Shown here one piece after another: positions 63,938 through 64,000 of a stretch of 64,000 bases of DNA (position 1 is its first letter; every line of letters starts with the position of its first letter). The translations under genes and the position numbers were made by a program. The stretch comes from Protoeuglena noctilucae (Eukaryota), in assembly GCA_958009085.1 (NCBI GenBank), contig OY253690.1, positions 248,001 through 312,000 of the forward strand. Reading direction: 5' to 3'. The notes under the pieces were generated by a model. That model had not been told where the DNA came from. It did no database searches and was given only the letters and a program-made list of their open reading frames with translations.

Positions 63938-64000
63938 GCTCGGCGCGCCCCAGAACCCGGACCGAACGCGAGCGGCGTGCGTCTCGGCCAATCCGCTGCA

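Overview
This is eukaryotic nuclear DNA from a GC-rich, intron-rich photosynthetic alga, most likely a chlorophyte: it has spliceosomal introns, and CHLD and the plastid acyl carrier protein carry transit-like N-termini. The ORF track is not exon-aware, so gene models were spliced by hand. About 18 genes are supported: an EDM2-like gene (5' partial), PARN, an mS34-like gene, an LRR protein, a compact translation cluster (RPL7, RPS7, RPL23, DED1/DDX3-like helicase, RPL13), two ankyrin-kinases ending in CaaX, a kinase-RING-like-WD40 fusion, three F-box-ankyrin paralogues (one frameshifted), a NOL6/Utp22-like gene, CHLD, plastid ACP and histidinol dehydrogenase. There is a 200-N gap. Four signals stand out. 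(1) More than 25 exon ends, at splice donors, acceptors and even stop codons, are echoed as 20-50 nt copies 70-280 nt away in the adjacent intron or 3'UTR, and several echoes differ from the real exon almost only at silent positions. (2) At least 18 introns are GC-AG. (3) Many introns are G-rich at the 5' end and C-rich at the 3' end. (4) A hypervariable F-box-ankyrin family lies next to a kinase-RING-WD40 gene, suggestive of a ubiquitin-linked sensor repertoire. No tRNA, rRNA, CRISPR array or autonomous transposon was found. All identifications are by eye from remembered family motifs; no database search was run.
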